From assembly GCA_964016885.1 (NCBI GenBank), contig OZ024742.1:136152001-136216000 (forward strand): DNA of 64,000 nucleotides, in the 5' to 3' direction. The notes beneath the pieces are model-generated. The model did no database searches, was not told the origin of the DNA, and worked only from the letters and a program-made list of their open reading frames with translations. A program made the translations under genes and the position numbers. How positions within the stretch are numbered: position 1 is the first letter of the stretch; each line of letters begins with the position of its first letter. The stretch is from Eledone cirrhosa (Eukaryota). Below, in pieces: positions 15,451-34,828 of this stretch.

Positions 15451-16400
15451 TCCTCTCTTGTTTCCCACATTCTTCTCTATCATCCGTTATAGCTCAACGT
15501 CAACCCTTACTTATTTCATCTACGTCCGTTCCCGTCTATTTCTCTCTTTCCTTTTCTTTCATTAACCTCTCTCATTCTTTCTCTACTCTTACTCTCCTTT
15601 CATATCTCTTTCACTACGTCCAGTGAGAATTGACCACATATTGCACTATTGCGGACTTCTTCCTGTCTCCCCTTCCCTCCCTCTATTCTCTCTCTCTCTC
15701 TCTCTCTCTCTCCGCGTAACAACCTTTTTATTTTCTCTCGTCACCTCCAACATTATCTTTCTATCTCCTTGTGTATGGGTGTGTATGTGTGTTTGAAGTG
15801 TAATGGATAGGAGAAAAAACATCGGAGGTCTTTATGCACATATAAGAAAGGAAAGGACATGATCATTATATTGGACCAGGTAGATAATGTTTCCATTTTC
15901 CATTCTATTGCTGATAGTATCTGCCAGTCTGAATTCCTGGCAGAAAGAGTAATGTTAAAAAAAAGAATTTCACTCGAAAACACACTTGGTCAAGGAATCG
16001 AACTCACAACTTATTCTCGTGAGCCCAACACGTACCAATAAACCATATTTGTTTGATTTCCATTGGATCCGTCGATGAATGTTCCAATTGTTCGAATATC
16101 TAAAAACGCTCAAGGACACAAACTGCTGTTTGGCCTGTGACTCGAACACGCGGCTTTACGATCCTGAGCTCAGCCCCATTATGCCACGTGACTTCAGACA
16201 CATTCACAGACATGAATGTACACGCATACATACACGGGTTTCTACATACTTCTAAGAACGTTCGGAGAGTATATATATATATATATATAAATATATATAT
16301 ATACACATATACACATATACACATACACACATACACGCATATATGAATTTATTTTAATCTGTAGATTTTTTTCAAGTTTCTAATCATTATAATATAGACT

Positions 16401-16578
16401 TTGGCAGTATCGGTAGAGGGTCGGACGCCATATTTTCCAGCATAGTTACGTCCCTTTACGGTCTGACTTCAAATCCCACCGAGGTTAACTTTGCCTTTCA
16501 TCCTTACGGGGTCGATAAAATAAAGTACCAGTAATGTACTGGGTAATTGCTGGCCTTGTGCCAAAAGTAGAAACGATT
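16401..16578 (+). mobile_element. SINE family 1
   Basis: ttggcagtatcggtagagggtcggacgcc...gcctttcatccttacggggtcgataaaataaagtaccagt...gtagaaac. Confidence 0.9.
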
Positions 16579-16983
16579 GTAATATAGACTTTACAATCTA
16601 AATCTAATTTTTTTTCAATATTATGGTAGTCCATTTCCTAATCCCATTTTTATAATTATTATAACAGCTCACTTTTCTAAAGTTGTTTTGTTTCCAAATT
16701 ACACTTTTAACGTTAAATCTGGTGAAACGAACACTCTTGTAAAGTATACTGCAACGAAAGTCCACCGCAGTTGTATTTTTGATATGTTATCTGTTTCCAT
16801 ACATCATTGGTTATTCATTGCTATCATACTCATTGCAATTCCGCTTATGAAGGCATCACGAGCTCATATACGTCTTCGAACGTCTGACTTGAATAAAACA
16901 CGATCGTTTCAGAAGATTATATAATAAATTTATTTGATGTAGTTTGGCGAGTGTCTCTCCATATAACTATCTATCTATCTATG

Positions 16984-17109
<126 letters not shown>

Positions 17110-17596
17110 GACCCCCCCCCCACACACATATATATATTTGATATTAGGTTAACAATGATAATAATTAAAAAGGCAAGTTATCTTACATATTCCTTTCAGT
17201 GTTTCGGCGGGTGGATCGTGTTGACATATTGACTGGTCTATAGCAGTTAGAGAACTGTATACTATCAGACATAACATATAGGTTCGATCACACCGTCTTC
17301 TTCGGAAACAATGAAGTTAGTATCTTTATTGGTAGTATATAAACAGGGTAGATATAAGAAGAGACATAACATACACATATATTTTCCAGATTGCTTCCGT
17401 TGATTGATAAAGATAGTGGAAGAAGTGTTCCAGGACTCTAACCCCACTATCATTTGACGGGTAAGTGGATGAAGAAGAAGAAAACGAAGAGGGAGAAGAA
17501 GGGGTAGAATAAGAGGGATAGGAAGAGGTAGAAGAAAAAGAAGGCTCTAAAGAAAAGGGAGATAAGAAGATCATAGAAGTCGTGAGTTCCTTGTGC

Positions 17597-17880
17597 TAAC
17601 GAATGGCTTAGTGGTAAAAGCATTGGGCTTGCAATCGTGAAGTTATGTGTTCGATTCTTAGACTGGGTGATGGATGTGTTGTGTCCTTGAGCAAAACATT
17701 GTGTTCACGTTGTTCCAGATTTACTCAGCTACAGAAATGAGTTGCGATCGCCTTTCCCATCGACAACATCAGTAGGTGGAGAGAGGAGACTGGTATGCAT
17801 GGGCGACTCACTAACAGCCATGCACGGACATGTACCTCCAAAGAGAATTTCCAAGGTGCAAATCCCAAAGTCATTCGTGT
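17597..17880 (+). mobile_element. SINE family 2 (CORE-like)
   Basis: A-box tggcttagtgg, B-box gttcgattc, then tgtgtccttgagcaaaacat. Confidence 0.8.
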
Positions 17881-17939
17881 AAGATTTTGATAAGTTTCAG
17901 CCAGTATTGGCCTAGGTCATATCTCAATTAATAGCACCT

Positions 17940-17977
<38 letters not shown>

Positions 17978-17979
<2 letters not shown>

Positions 17980-18331
17980 CTTTTTTACATTTTACCTGTT
18001 CCAGCCATCCGGCTGAGGCCATGCTGGGGCACCGACCTTGTTACTACACATTTTATCTCCAGCCTGTATTGGTTGGCCACTGGTGCAACAGAGAATTCGT
18101 TGCTGCTGTCCTTAGATTTCCCTCGTGCCTTGCTGTGGGCTTATCCGGGATACTGGATAGCAAGGTGTCGAGATGTTTCTTGAAGGCATCCACATCCACA
18201 CCATGCAGATCTCTCAGATCCCTCGGCAGCTTGTTGAAGAGTAGAGGGCCCTTGAACCCCAGACTATTGCAATATCTGCTCCTTATTCTAGATGTGGAAG
18301 ACGGGACCTTTGGTATCACACAATGACGTCC

Positions 18332-18332
<1 letters not shown>
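17978..18332 (-). mobile_element. CR1/L2-group LINE 3' end (ORF2 C-terminus plus 3' UTR)
   Basis: Translation ...NSLGFKGPLLFNKLPRDLRDLHGVDVDAFKKHLDTLLSSIPDKP...NSLLHQ is typical of such ORF2 ends; 5'-truncated, flanked by (AT)n. Confidence 0.85.
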
Positions 18333-18366
<34 letters not shown>

Positions 18367-18397
18367 CTGTGTGTGTGTGTGTGTGAATATATGTATG

Positions 18398-18573
18398 AGA
18401 AATTCTGGATTCTGAACAGCTCGGAGAGATCCGGAGAGTTCGGATCTAGCTGTTGAGACGACCGGAGCTCAGCTGTCGGGGTCCCGAATTTTTCATATTA
18501 AGCACACTACTACTACAAGTATCGAGTACTCTGGTGAGTAATGATCTAACTGTTTTTTACCACTTCCATTCTG
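18398..18573 (+). mobile_element. Hammerhead-related element family B, diverged copy
   Basis: cggagctcagctgtcggggtcc and agtatcgagtactctggtg match 37477-37672. Confidence 0.55.
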
Positions 18574-18574
18574 A

Positions 18575-19790
<1,216 letters not shown>

Positions 19791-19792
19791 GA

Positions 19793-20134
19793 AGGCGCAT
19801 GGCTTAGTGTTTAGAGCAGTAGTCTTGCAATCGAAAGGTTATGTGTTCAATTCTCGGACCGGCTGATGTGTTGTTTCCTTGAGCAAGACACTTTATTTCA
19901 CGTTGTTCCAATTTACTCAGCTGAAAAGGAGTACCAGCAATAGCTGGAGGTTTAACCCTTCGATGGACAGGTGTCGGGATAAGCACCGGCCAAATGAGCC
20001 TTCTGCCTTAAGGCAGACTTTAGACTTACGGCCTGCCCGCCCAGCCAGTGGGATGGCGTCATCGTATGGCTAAAACAGCACATGCTGTGACCAGCGGCGC
20101 CGTATGGCGCCCGACTGATTGGTCAGTCAAGGTG
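19793..20134 (+). mobile_element. SINE family 2 (CORE-like) with a distinct 3' tail
   Basis: ggcgcatggcttagtg head, gttcaattc B-box, tccttgagcaagacactttatttcac. Confidence 0.8.
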
Positions 20135-20202
20135 ATATATATATGTGTGTATGTATATATGTAAGTGTGTGTATATATATGTATACTCTTTTTTGGTTCC
20201 AG

Positions 20203-20636
20203 CCACCCGGCTGCTACGTCCACATCATGCATATCTCTGATATCCCTCGGCAACTCGTTGAAGAGATGAAGGCCAAAGAACCCCAGGCTATGGTAATATA
20301 TTCTAGATGTGGAAGACGGGATCTTTGGCACCACACAGTGACGTCCTGTTCGACAGTTGGTCTCCCAATGCCAAAGTTTGGTACTAGTTCCCCCAGGATT
20401 ATCCACATGTCGATCACTGCGTATCTCTCTCGTCTTCGTTCCAAGGAGTAGAGGTTCAGTTCTTTTAGCCTCTCCCAGTAGCTTATCTCCTTCATCGTCA
20501 CAATCCTCTGAATTACCTCAAGCTCCGTGGTTAGTTTGTCACTATGTGGTGCCCACAACTGGGAGCAATAGTCCAGGCGGCTTAGGACAAATGTCCTCCA
20601 TAGTGTCAAGATGGTGTCTCGGTCTTTTGTCCAGAA
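20203..20636 (-). mobile_element. CR1/L2-group LINE ORF2 fragment, frameshifted
   Basis: LWRTFVLSRLDYCSQLWAP...ISYWERLKELNLYSLERRRERY; 20203-20345 is homologous to about 18185-18330. Confidence 0.9.
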
Positions 20637-20667
20637 AGTATGTGTGTGTGTATATATATATATATAA

Positions 20668-20709
<42 letters not shown>

Positions 20710-20716
20710 TTATATA

Positions 20717-20766
<50 letters not shown>

Positions 20767-20768
<2 letters not shown>

Positions 20769-20900
20769 AAAAGGTATGATTCCGATGGCTTGAGCTCTGC
20801 CGTCGGGATCATACCTTTTCCGATCACCCACTCTACTACCCTAAGTATTGTGTACTCTGGTGCGTTATGGTCCACCTGGTTCCTTACCACAATTCCATCG

Positions 20901-20903
<3 letters not shown>
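20767..20903 (+). mobile_element. Hammerhead-related element family B with terminal hairpin
   Basis: 23-bp arms ggaaaaggtatgattccgatggc / gccgtcgggatcataccttttcc around ttgagctct; conserved tail ending ggttccttaccacaattcc; (AT)n on both sides. Confidence 0.8.
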
Positions 20904-20938
<35 letters not shown>

Positions 20939-20939
<1 letters not shown>

Positions 20940-21127
20940 GGCGGTGGATTGGCAGTATCGGTAGAGGGTCGGACGCCATGTTTTCCAGCATAGTTACGTC
21001 CCTTTACGATCTGAGTTCAAATCCCGCCGAGGTTGACTTTGCCTTTCATACTTACGGGGTCGATAAAATAAAGTACCAGTAATGCACTGGGTATTTGCTG
21101 GCCTTGTGCCTGAAGTAGAAACAGTTA
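20939..21127 (+). mobile_element. SINE family 1, full length
   Basis: Complete tRNA-like head, shared domain and tail. Confidence 0.9.
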
Positions 21128-21358
21128 TATATATATATATATATATATATATACGTTTATATGTATGTATATATGTATGTATGTATAAATGTTTATATGT
21201 ATGTATATATGTTTATATATATGTATATATGAGTATTATATGTATGTATATATGTTTATATATATGTGTATATGAGTATATATATGCATGTATATATGTT
21301 TATATATATGTATATATGAGTATATATATATATATATATGTGTGTGAATATATATGTA

Positions 21359-21390
<32 letters not shown>

Positions 21391-21510
21391 CCTATGTGTG
21401 TATATATATATGTATATATATATATGTACATGTATATATATATATGTATATATATATGTATATATATGTATATATATATATGTATATATATATATGTATA
21501 TGTATATATG

Positions 21511-21555
<45 letters not shown>

Positions 21556-21688
21556 GTATATATGTATATATATATATGTATATATATATGTATATATATA
21601 TATGTATATATATATATGTATATATATATATATGTATATATATATATGTATATATATATATGTATATATATATGTATATATATATATG

Positions 21689-21733
<45 letters not shown>

Positions 21734-22002
21734 GTATATATATATATGTATATATGTATATGTATATATGTATATATGTATATATATATATGTATATATA
21801 TATATGTATATATATATATGTATATATGTATATGTATGTATATATGTGTATATGTATATATATATGTATATATGTATCTGTATATATATGAATATATATG
21901 TAAAAGAGTATAGTAATAACAATAAAATTGAAGACTAAAATCCAAAGAGGGCTCGATAATATATATATGTATATTTATATGTATATATATATATGTGTAT
22001 AT

Positions 22003-22078
<76 letters not shown>

Positions 22079-22160
22079 ATGTATATATATATATATATAT
22101 GTATATTTGTATGCATATAAATGTATATTTGTATGTATATATGTATATTTGTATATATAT

Positions 22161-22205
<45 letters not shown>

Positions 22206-22257
22206 GTGTTCATATATGTGTATATTTGTGTGTAGATATATATATATGTGTATATTT

Positions 22258-22302
<45 letters not shown>

Positions 22303-22317
22303 ATATATATGTATATA

Positions 22318-22385
<68 letters not shown>
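21128..22385. repeat. Compound (AT)/(ATGT) microsatellite array
   Basis: Direct inspection. Confidence 0.95.
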
Positions 22386-22386
<1 letters not shown>

Positions 22387-22388
22387 TG

Positions 22389-22605
22389 AAGGCGTGTGGC
22401 TGAGAGGTTAGAGAATTGGATTCGCAATCGTAAGGCTGTGAGTTCGATTTCTGGACCAGGCGATGCGTTATGTCCTTGAGCAAGACACTTTATTTCACAT
22501 TGCTCCTTCTACCTGGAGTTGCGACCGATAGATAGTATTAGCAATTGGAAAGACCAACGGAAACATTGTTCCCTCGGTCCGATTTGACGAAAGTCGATCG
22601 TTCCT
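22389..22605 (+). mobile_element. SINE family 2, young subfamily
   Basis: Highly similar to 34248-34467 (-) and 36904-37120 (+), including tail ccctcggtccgatttgacgaaagtcgatcg. Confidence 0.9.
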
Positions 22606-22692
22606 ATATATATATATAACACTTTGAAAGGTTTTGGCCGATGTTGGCCAGGACATCTCAGAGTTAATAGCATCGCATCACCTGTATATATA

Positions 22693-22737
<45 letters not shown>

Positions 22738-22931
22738 CCTTCTGTTGTGTTTGAGAAAAATGCTCATAAAAATACACATCTAGTCCTCTGTCATATTATC
22801 TGAGATTATATTATCCTTTTTATGCCATTCTTCATTTTTTAGATGTCAGGTAGTGATATGAGGGAGTTAGGTTTGCAAGTCAACCCGTTCAATACGTATT
22901 TACCATAAAAACTACGGCCGTTGACAACTCG

Positions 22932-22994
22932 GTGACTATTTTGATGATTTCATGCGAATGAAACAGTTCTTGTCCTGTAGCAGTTATTTCTATA
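22932..22994 (+). ncRNA. Degenerate hammerhead, family A
   Basis: TTGATGA-tttcatgcgaat-GAAA-cagttcttgtcctg-TA-gcagtt; core C3 changed to T. Confidence 0.6.
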
Positions 22995-23005
22995 TGAAAT
23001 ATATA

Positions 23006-23056
<51 letters not shown>

Positions 23057-23142
23057 TAAAATAACAGATTAAAGTTTAAGCAAAAATGTATATATATATA
23101 TGTATATATATGTATATGTATATATATGTATATATATGTGTA

Positions 23143-23173
<31 letters not shown>

Positions 23174-23251
23174 ATATATATGTATGTATATATATATATG
23201 TATGTATGTATATATATGTATGCATGTATATATATGTATGTATATATATGT

Positions 23252-23299
<48 letters not shown>

Positions 23300-23310
23300 G
23301 TATATATATG

Positions 23311-23381
<71 letters not shown>

Positions 23382-23396
23382 GTATGTATATATATG

Positions 23397-23429
<33 letters not shown>

Positions 23430-23459
23430 GTATATATATGTATACATATATATATATAC

Positions 23460-23493
<34 letters not shown>

Positions 23494-23504
23494 ACATACA
23501 TATA

Positions 23505-23584
<80 letters not shown>

Positions 23585-24159
23585 TATAGGCTCAACAACA
23601 GTTATATTATTATGTCTTCTCGCCCTCAGTTTATATCTTCAACGTTTCCTATTTCGACTGACTGTAAGTCTCTAAACCCGTTGTAGGAAATTTACTGCTA
23701 CTACTGTATTGGCAGAATCCTTCTAGTATCGGACAAAATATGCCTTGCGGTATTTATATATAGCAATTTTTAAAAGTCCTGCGTTCAAATCCCGCCGAGG
23801 TCAACTTTGCATTTCAGCCTTCCGGAACCGATAAAAATAAAACATCCTAGACGTCAATGGAATTATAATAAAAGGCAGCACAAGTCTTCTGCTACTATTA
23901 CTACTACTACTACTACAACGGTTATGTTACCATCATCATGATACTACTCTTACTGCTATTACTACCCAGTGGGCCAATATTTCCGCCGAACACAGCCTAT
24001 AATTATCATAACTGTAAAAATAATAATAATAGTTATTACTATTATCATTAAATCTATTTATATAAATCAAGTCCCGAAAAAAATAAAAGAGAAAATAATA
24101 AAAATGAGCGACGTACGACAACCACCACCACCTTACAGCAACCGCGGATCACGTTTACA

Positions 24160-24600
24160 GTGACTGCGACTACCACGATAATAGTAGCAGCAGTAGCAGC
24201 ATCAACAGCAACAACAGCAGCTGAAGTAACTTCAGTAGCAGCAACGGCAGCAGTAGTAGCGCCCACTATGACGACGACGACGACGACGATGATGATGATG
24301 GCGACGGCAACACTTAGAATTATCAGCAGCAGTAGTAAGAACTATCACTAGCACCAGCAGTAAGAAGAGTGAGTAGCAGCAGCAGTAGCAACAGTAGTAG
24401 TAGTAGCAGCAACAGAGGCAATAGTAGTAGCAACAGTAACAGCAACAACAGGAACATCGCAAAGATGATGAGGATGTACAGTATAAACCTCTTAGGATAC
24501 TAAATAACAACAAGAACAGTAGCAGCATCAGCAACAGTATAATAATACTAATAATAACAACAAATACATAATTATACCACTAGTTACTACTAATTAAACG
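24160..24600. repeat. Trinucleotide low-complexity tract (CAG/TAG/GAC/GAT/AAC)
   Basis: Direct inspection. Confidence 0.85.
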
Positions 24601-24756
24601 TTAATATTAATAACAAGATGAAGTAGAATGATGCGAAGACGACGGAGGAGAAGAAATAACAGTTTATATTGAAAGAATAACGAGGGAATTTTTTTTTTCT
24701 TTTGCCTTTTCATTCGTCTGTAAGAGACGTGAGGTCTAGCTGCTACTAGTATAATA

Positions 24757-24814
<58 letters not shown>

Positions 24815-24835
24815 TATATATATATATATATACAC

Positions 24836-24873
<38 letters not shown>

Positions 24874-25398
24874 TATATATACATACATAAAGACATACAT
24901 ACCAGATAGTATATGCTATGTCGTACCGTTCTCTATCGTGGATATATATACCTACTTACATACAATTTGAGGAGGATATGGATAACATGTTTTCCCCTAT
25001 GATATGACCATAAAGTTTGGAACAAAAAAAAAAAAATTAAGTATTGGAAAAAAAAATAAAATAAAAATAAATACAAGTCGGATTATTTACGGGACGTTGA
25101 TTAATATTATTATCATTATTATTTTGGTTGTGTGATATTGTGCCTCTGTGTCCGTCTCTGCTGCTTCTGCAGGTTCGAGTTCGGCCGTCGGACACTTGTG
25201 TACATACATATACGTCGACATAATATACACACACGCGCAGGATATCTACCTACCTACCTACCTACCAATATATATATATATATGTATATATATGTATGTA
25301 TATATATATATATATATATGATATGTACTTCATTACGGTATGTTTCATCTTCTTTATTTTATTGTTACAATTGTTTTATATATTTGATGTTTTTGCGA

Positions 25399-25438
<40 letters not shown>

Positions 25439-25548
25439 ATTGATACTTGTATGCATATGTGTGTGTTCGATTACTCGATTATGGTATGTTTACTCATGTA
25501 TCATTATTGGAAATTATTTATACACACACACATCACATCCATACACCC

Positions 25549-25609
<61 letters not shown>

Positions 25610-25622
25610 GTATGTATGTATG

Positions 25623-25658
<36 letters not shown>

Positions 25659-25845
25659 GCTGTGTGCGTGTGTGTTTTCTGTCCAAATGTGTATCGAATC
25701 GGATATTTTTTTAATTTTCATCTTCCGAGTTTTATTTTCATACATTGTAGTCTACACCCTTTCTCTCTCGCCCTCATATAGTTTCCTCTTTAAATATATT
25801 CATTTTTTCATTTTATATCTTTCTGTCTATCTCTCTCAGGCTTTA

Positions 25846-25954
<109 letters not shown>

Positions 25955-26437
25955 CACACACACACACCTCTTTTTCTGTCGTCTGCTGTCTCTTCGTCTG
26001 TATGTTCGTCTACGTCTCTATCTCTCCTTCCGCTATTCCCATACTCTCTCTATCTCTTCCTCTCACTCTTTTCTTTCTCTTTCCCCCTAACTCTCTATCT
26101 AATCCTCTTTCTCTCCCTTTCTTTCTCTTTCTCTCTCTTTCTCTACCATCCGACATCTAAGTTTACTCTCTTGCTCTCTATCTCATTATCTTCATATTTT
26201 CTAATGATTCTCCACGCATCCCCCTCTCTCATAACACCCTTTTTCTCTTTCTTTCTTTCATTCTTTTTTTCTCTCTCTCTCTATCTCGTTTCCTTGTCGT
26301 CTGCTTCAGTCAATGTTCTGTCCATTTGTCGTCTGTCCTCAGTTTTATTCACTTTCCGTACGTCTATTTCTCTTTTTCTCTTTTCATTATATATGTGTCT
26401 CTATCACAGGCTCTCTTCCTCTCTCTCTCTATCTCTA

Positions 26438-26495
<58 letters not shown>

Positions 26496-26652
26496 GCTCT
26501 ACATCTCTCTCTCAATCACTAGCTCTACATCTCTCACTTTCTCTCTGTATATCCCTTATCTATGTCTGTCCCTTTCTCTTTTACTTATGTCTGATTTTTT
26601 TTTTCCTAGTTGTCGCTAGTCTGCATAAGTCTCCGCGACATTATTATATGCT

Positions 26653-26835
26653 TTGGCAGTATGGGTAGAGGGTCGGTCAACAGGCTTTGCAGCACAGAGT
26701 TACGCCCCTTTCTGATCTAAGTTCAAATCCTACCGAGGTTAACTTTGCCTTTCATCCTTACGGGGTCGATAAAATAAAGTAGCAGTAATGAACTGGGATA
26801 ATTGCTGGCTTTGTGCCAAAAGTAGAAACAATTAT
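26653..26835 (+). mobile_element. SINE family 1
   Basis: Same head, domain and tail as 16401-16578. Confidence 0.9.
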
Positions 26836-27077
26836 TATATATGTATTACATTTAGTTTATAGTCTTCTCGTCTCGCCGTCGGATTTTTCTATCAATCCGT
26901 ATAACTATGAAACATTCAATCAAACAGTTAGTCAATATATTAATCTATCAATGTAATTCATTTTCTTACTATATATAAAAATGAACTATAAACAAATTCT
27001 CTTCGTAAATTCTACTCTACATGTGTATTATATGTTACTAGTATGCATATGGGGATATGTATAAGTATATGTGTATA

Positions 27078-27144
<67 letters not shown>

Positions 27145-27295
27145 ATAAAGCATGTATGTATAATAAATAATATATAAATATATCATAATAATAATATATA
27201 AATATATACATATTTGAAATGTATATAACGTGTGTGTGTGTAAGTATACGTTATATATAATACAATATATAACAGATATTGAATATATATATATC

Positions 27296-27334
27296 GAATG
27301 AAACAGTTCTAGTCCTGTAGAAGTCATTTCTATA
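27296..27334 (+). mobile_element. Family A hammerhead element, 3' half
   Basis: cgaatGAAAcagttctagtcctgTAgaagtc embedded in (AT)n. Confidence 0.65.
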
Positions 27335-27336
27335 TC

Positions 27337-27399
<63 letters not shown>

Positions 27400-27649
27400 C
27401 ATACATACATACATTTGTCTCTCTCTCTCGCTATCTATCACTTATCTCCATCTGTATTGAGTACATATATATGTATGCATATCTATATGGATGAATATAT
27501 GTGTACAGAAAGTGAGATGGATCTATAGTATCGAGACTAATAATATTGAGTTACATAACTACTATCGATTAATTGTTATAGAGATTTATCATAATCAATC
27601 ATCTTTCTGAAACGATCGTAACGCATTGAATGTTTTTCTGACTGTATCT

Positions 27650-27808
<159 letters not shown>

Positions 27809-28076
27809 ATATATACATATATGTTGAAGGTATGTATGGACACACAGACATTGCGGCCAATCGAGATTGACTTTAGATCGTTGGATAACATTCTGTGCAC
27901 TATTCCATCCGTCTGTCTCGGTACTCTGAGTTCGAATCGCGCCAAGGTCAACTTTGAATTTCATTCCTTCGAACATGATAAAATTGTACAAGTTCAGTAT
28001 CGGGGTCGATTGGGGTCGATTGTCCATCAATATTTCTTTTTCACTTACATGTCCTCACTCTGGAGGACTTCCAGGA

Positions 28077-28119
<43 letters not shown>

Positions 28120-28444
28120 GTATATATATGTATGTATAGTGTGAGTACATATATGTATGTAAGAAGGAAACAAAAATAACAAAACAAACAGCACAGTACA
28201 TGGAAGAAATATAAGTTTAACGCTTCAGATAGCAGGAAGAGTGTCTTATATGCGTTTGTTTCTATATAATACATAATATATACACATATAGTATGCGTAT
28301 ATCTATATATACAATTACATATATGAATGACACATTACACATTGATGTACGGGCATAATGTCCAGAGGTTACTATACTTAGAACTTTATTACAAGAGAAA
28401 ATGGTATGAAAACAACCTATGTATTAATATGTAGGCTTGAATAG

Positions 28445-28453
28445 ATGAATATA

Positions 28454-28496
<43 letters not shown>

Positions 28497-28567
28497 ATAT
28501 GTATATATGTATGTATATATATATATATGTATATATGTATATATATATATATATATGTATATATATG

Positions 28568-28602
<35 letters not shown>

Positions 28603-28684
28603 GTATGTATGTATGTATATATATATATATATGTATATATGTATATGTATATTTATATATGTATATATGTATATGTATATTTTA

Positions 28685-28715
<31 letters not shown>

Positions 28716-28822
28716 ATATATATATATATATATATGTATATGTATATATGTGTATATATATGTATATATATATGTATATATGTGTATATATAAGTATGTA
28801 TATATGTGTATATATGTGTATA

Positions 28823-28890
<68 letters not shown>

Positions 28891-29156
28891 ACGGCCATTT
28901 GCCAATATAATTTGTTTTTATTGATTTATTATTTTAAATCGAGACAGGCAAACTGTATTATTATTATTAGTATTTTTTCAATCTAGCTAACTTAGTCATT
29001 GAGAATACAAACACTTATAGGTTGGTATTAGTGTTTATCAATTATATTAATTTATATTAACTTGTATTACACGGCTCAGAAATACTTCTTTCTTTGAGCT
29101 ATTTCATTGTAAAGGACTGTTTGAGTTTAGAACTCGTTATTCATAATATATGTGTG

Positions 29157-29201
<45 letters not shown>

Positions 29202-29266
29202 ATATATGTATATGTATATATGTATATGTATATGTGTATATGTATATGTGTATATATATATAAATC

Positions 29267-29319
<53 letters not shown>

Positions 29320-29415
29320 CTATGTATATGTATATGTATATATATATATGTATATGTATATATGTATATATATATATATATATATATGTATATGTGTATA
29401 TGTATATATATATTT

Positions 29416-29453
<38 letters not shown>

Positions 29454-29454
29454 T

Positions 29455-29512
<58 letters not shown>

Positions 29513-29950
29513 TATGTGTGTGTATATATATATGTGTATGTGTGTATATATATGTGTGTATATATATGTGTATATATATATGTGTATATATATATGTGTG
29601 TATATATATATGTGTGTATATATATATGTGTATATATATATATGTGTATATATATGTGTATATATATATGTGTATATATATATGTGTGTATATATATGTG
29701 TATATATTATATGTGTATATATATATGTGTGTATATATATGTATATATATGTGTGTATATATATATGTGTGTATATATATGTGTATATATATGTGTGTAT
29801 ATATATGTGTGTATATATATATGTGTATATATATATGTGTATATATATATGTATATATATATATATGTGTGTATATATATGTGTATATATATATGTGTAT
29901 ATATATATGTGTATATATATATATATATGTGTATATATATATATATGTGT

Positions 29951-29987
<37 letters not shown>

Positions 29988-30010
29988 GTATATATATGTA
30001 TATATAATAT
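28445..30010. repeat. Compound AT-rich microsatellite arrays
   Basis: Two arrays (28445-28888 and 29145-30010) separated by unique sequence. Confidence 0.95.
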
Positions 30011-30038
30011 ATATGTATGCATCAAATAGGGTGTGGTA

Positions 30039-30268
30039 AAAAACTAGATGGACCAGAAGCCACCAGATTACTTAGGGTGGTAGAGTGGGTAATATGAACA
30101 GATTCAGGACCCCCACGGCTGGGGGTATATATATATATATATGAAACGATTCAGGGCAGATATATAGATACGAAACGGCAGGAACCTAGTCGTGGGGGTC
30201 CTGAATCTGTTCATATTACCCACTCTACCACCCTAAGTAATCTGGTGGGTTCTGGGCCATCTAGTTTT
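30039..30268. mobile_element. Family B element as a long inverted repeat
   Basis: About 80-bp near-perfect arms (30039-30119 / 30188-30268); right arm is preceded by GAAAcggcaggaacct and begins agtcgtgggggtcc. Confidence 0.8.
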
Positions 30269-30279
30269 TATATATATGT

Positions 30280-30519
<240 letters not shown>

Positions 30520-30598
30520 CATATATATACATATATATACATATATATATACATACTTATATATACATATATATATATATATATATACATATATATAC

Positions 30599-30660
<62 letters not shown>

Positions 30661-30984
30661 ATATATACACATATAATGTATATAAATATATATGTAATAT
30701 ATATATATATGTAATATATATCATCAACATCATCATCATTTAACGTCCATCTTCCACGCTTGCATGGGTTGTATGTATATATATATATATATGTATCTAT
30801 ATATATATATATGTATATATATATGTATGTGTATATATATATATGTATGTATGTATATATGTATGTATGTATATGTATGTATATATATATATATAATTAT
30901 ACATATTCACATACATATATCTATAAAATATATATTTTCACATACATATATCTATAAAATATATATATATACATATATATAATA

Positions 30985-31186
30985 TAACGAAGGAAATGTG
31001 GTAAGGAACCAGGTGGACCATAACGCACCAAAGTACTCAATACTTAGGGTAGTAGAGTGGGTAATAGGAAAAAGTATGACCCCGACGGCAGAGCTGAAGC
31101 CGTTTCGACGTTTATTTCTGGACTAAAAAAGAAATAGTCGTCGAACCGGCTTGAGATCTGGCGTCAGGGTCATACTTTGTCCTATA
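30985..31186 (-). mobile_element. Family B element with inverted partial copy
   Basis: Minus strand cgtc-GAAA-cggc-ttcagctct-gccg-TC-ggggtc plus family tail; inverted arm 31130-31185. Confidence 0.8.
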
Positions 31187-34247
<3,061 letters not shown>

Positions 34248-34467
34248 AAGGAACGATCGACTTTCGTCAAATTGGACCGAGGGAACAATGTTTCCGTTGG
34301 TCTTTCCAATTGCTAATACTATCTATCGGTGGCCGCTGCAGATAGAAGTAGCAACGTGAAATAAAGTGTCTTGCTCAAGGACATAACGCATCGCCTGGTC
34401 CTGGAATCGAACTCACAACCTTACGATTGCGAATCCAATTCTCTAACCGCTCAGCCACACGCCTTCA
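34248..34467 (-). mobile_element. SINE family 2, young subfamily
   Basis: Reverse complement closely matches 22389-22605. Confidence 0.9.
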
Positions 34468-34470
34468 CTA

Positions 34471-34809
<339 letters not shown>

Positions 34810-34828
34810 TTATGTATATATATATATA

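Noticed and set aside
22389-22465. tRNA gene candidates (also 19793, 34390, 36904, 57395)
   Set aside because: tRNA-like heads run directly into SINE bodies and do not show a clean cloverleaf
24232-24534. Signal-peptide-like, Cys-rich ORF
   Set aside because: Explained by a trinucleotide low-complexity tract
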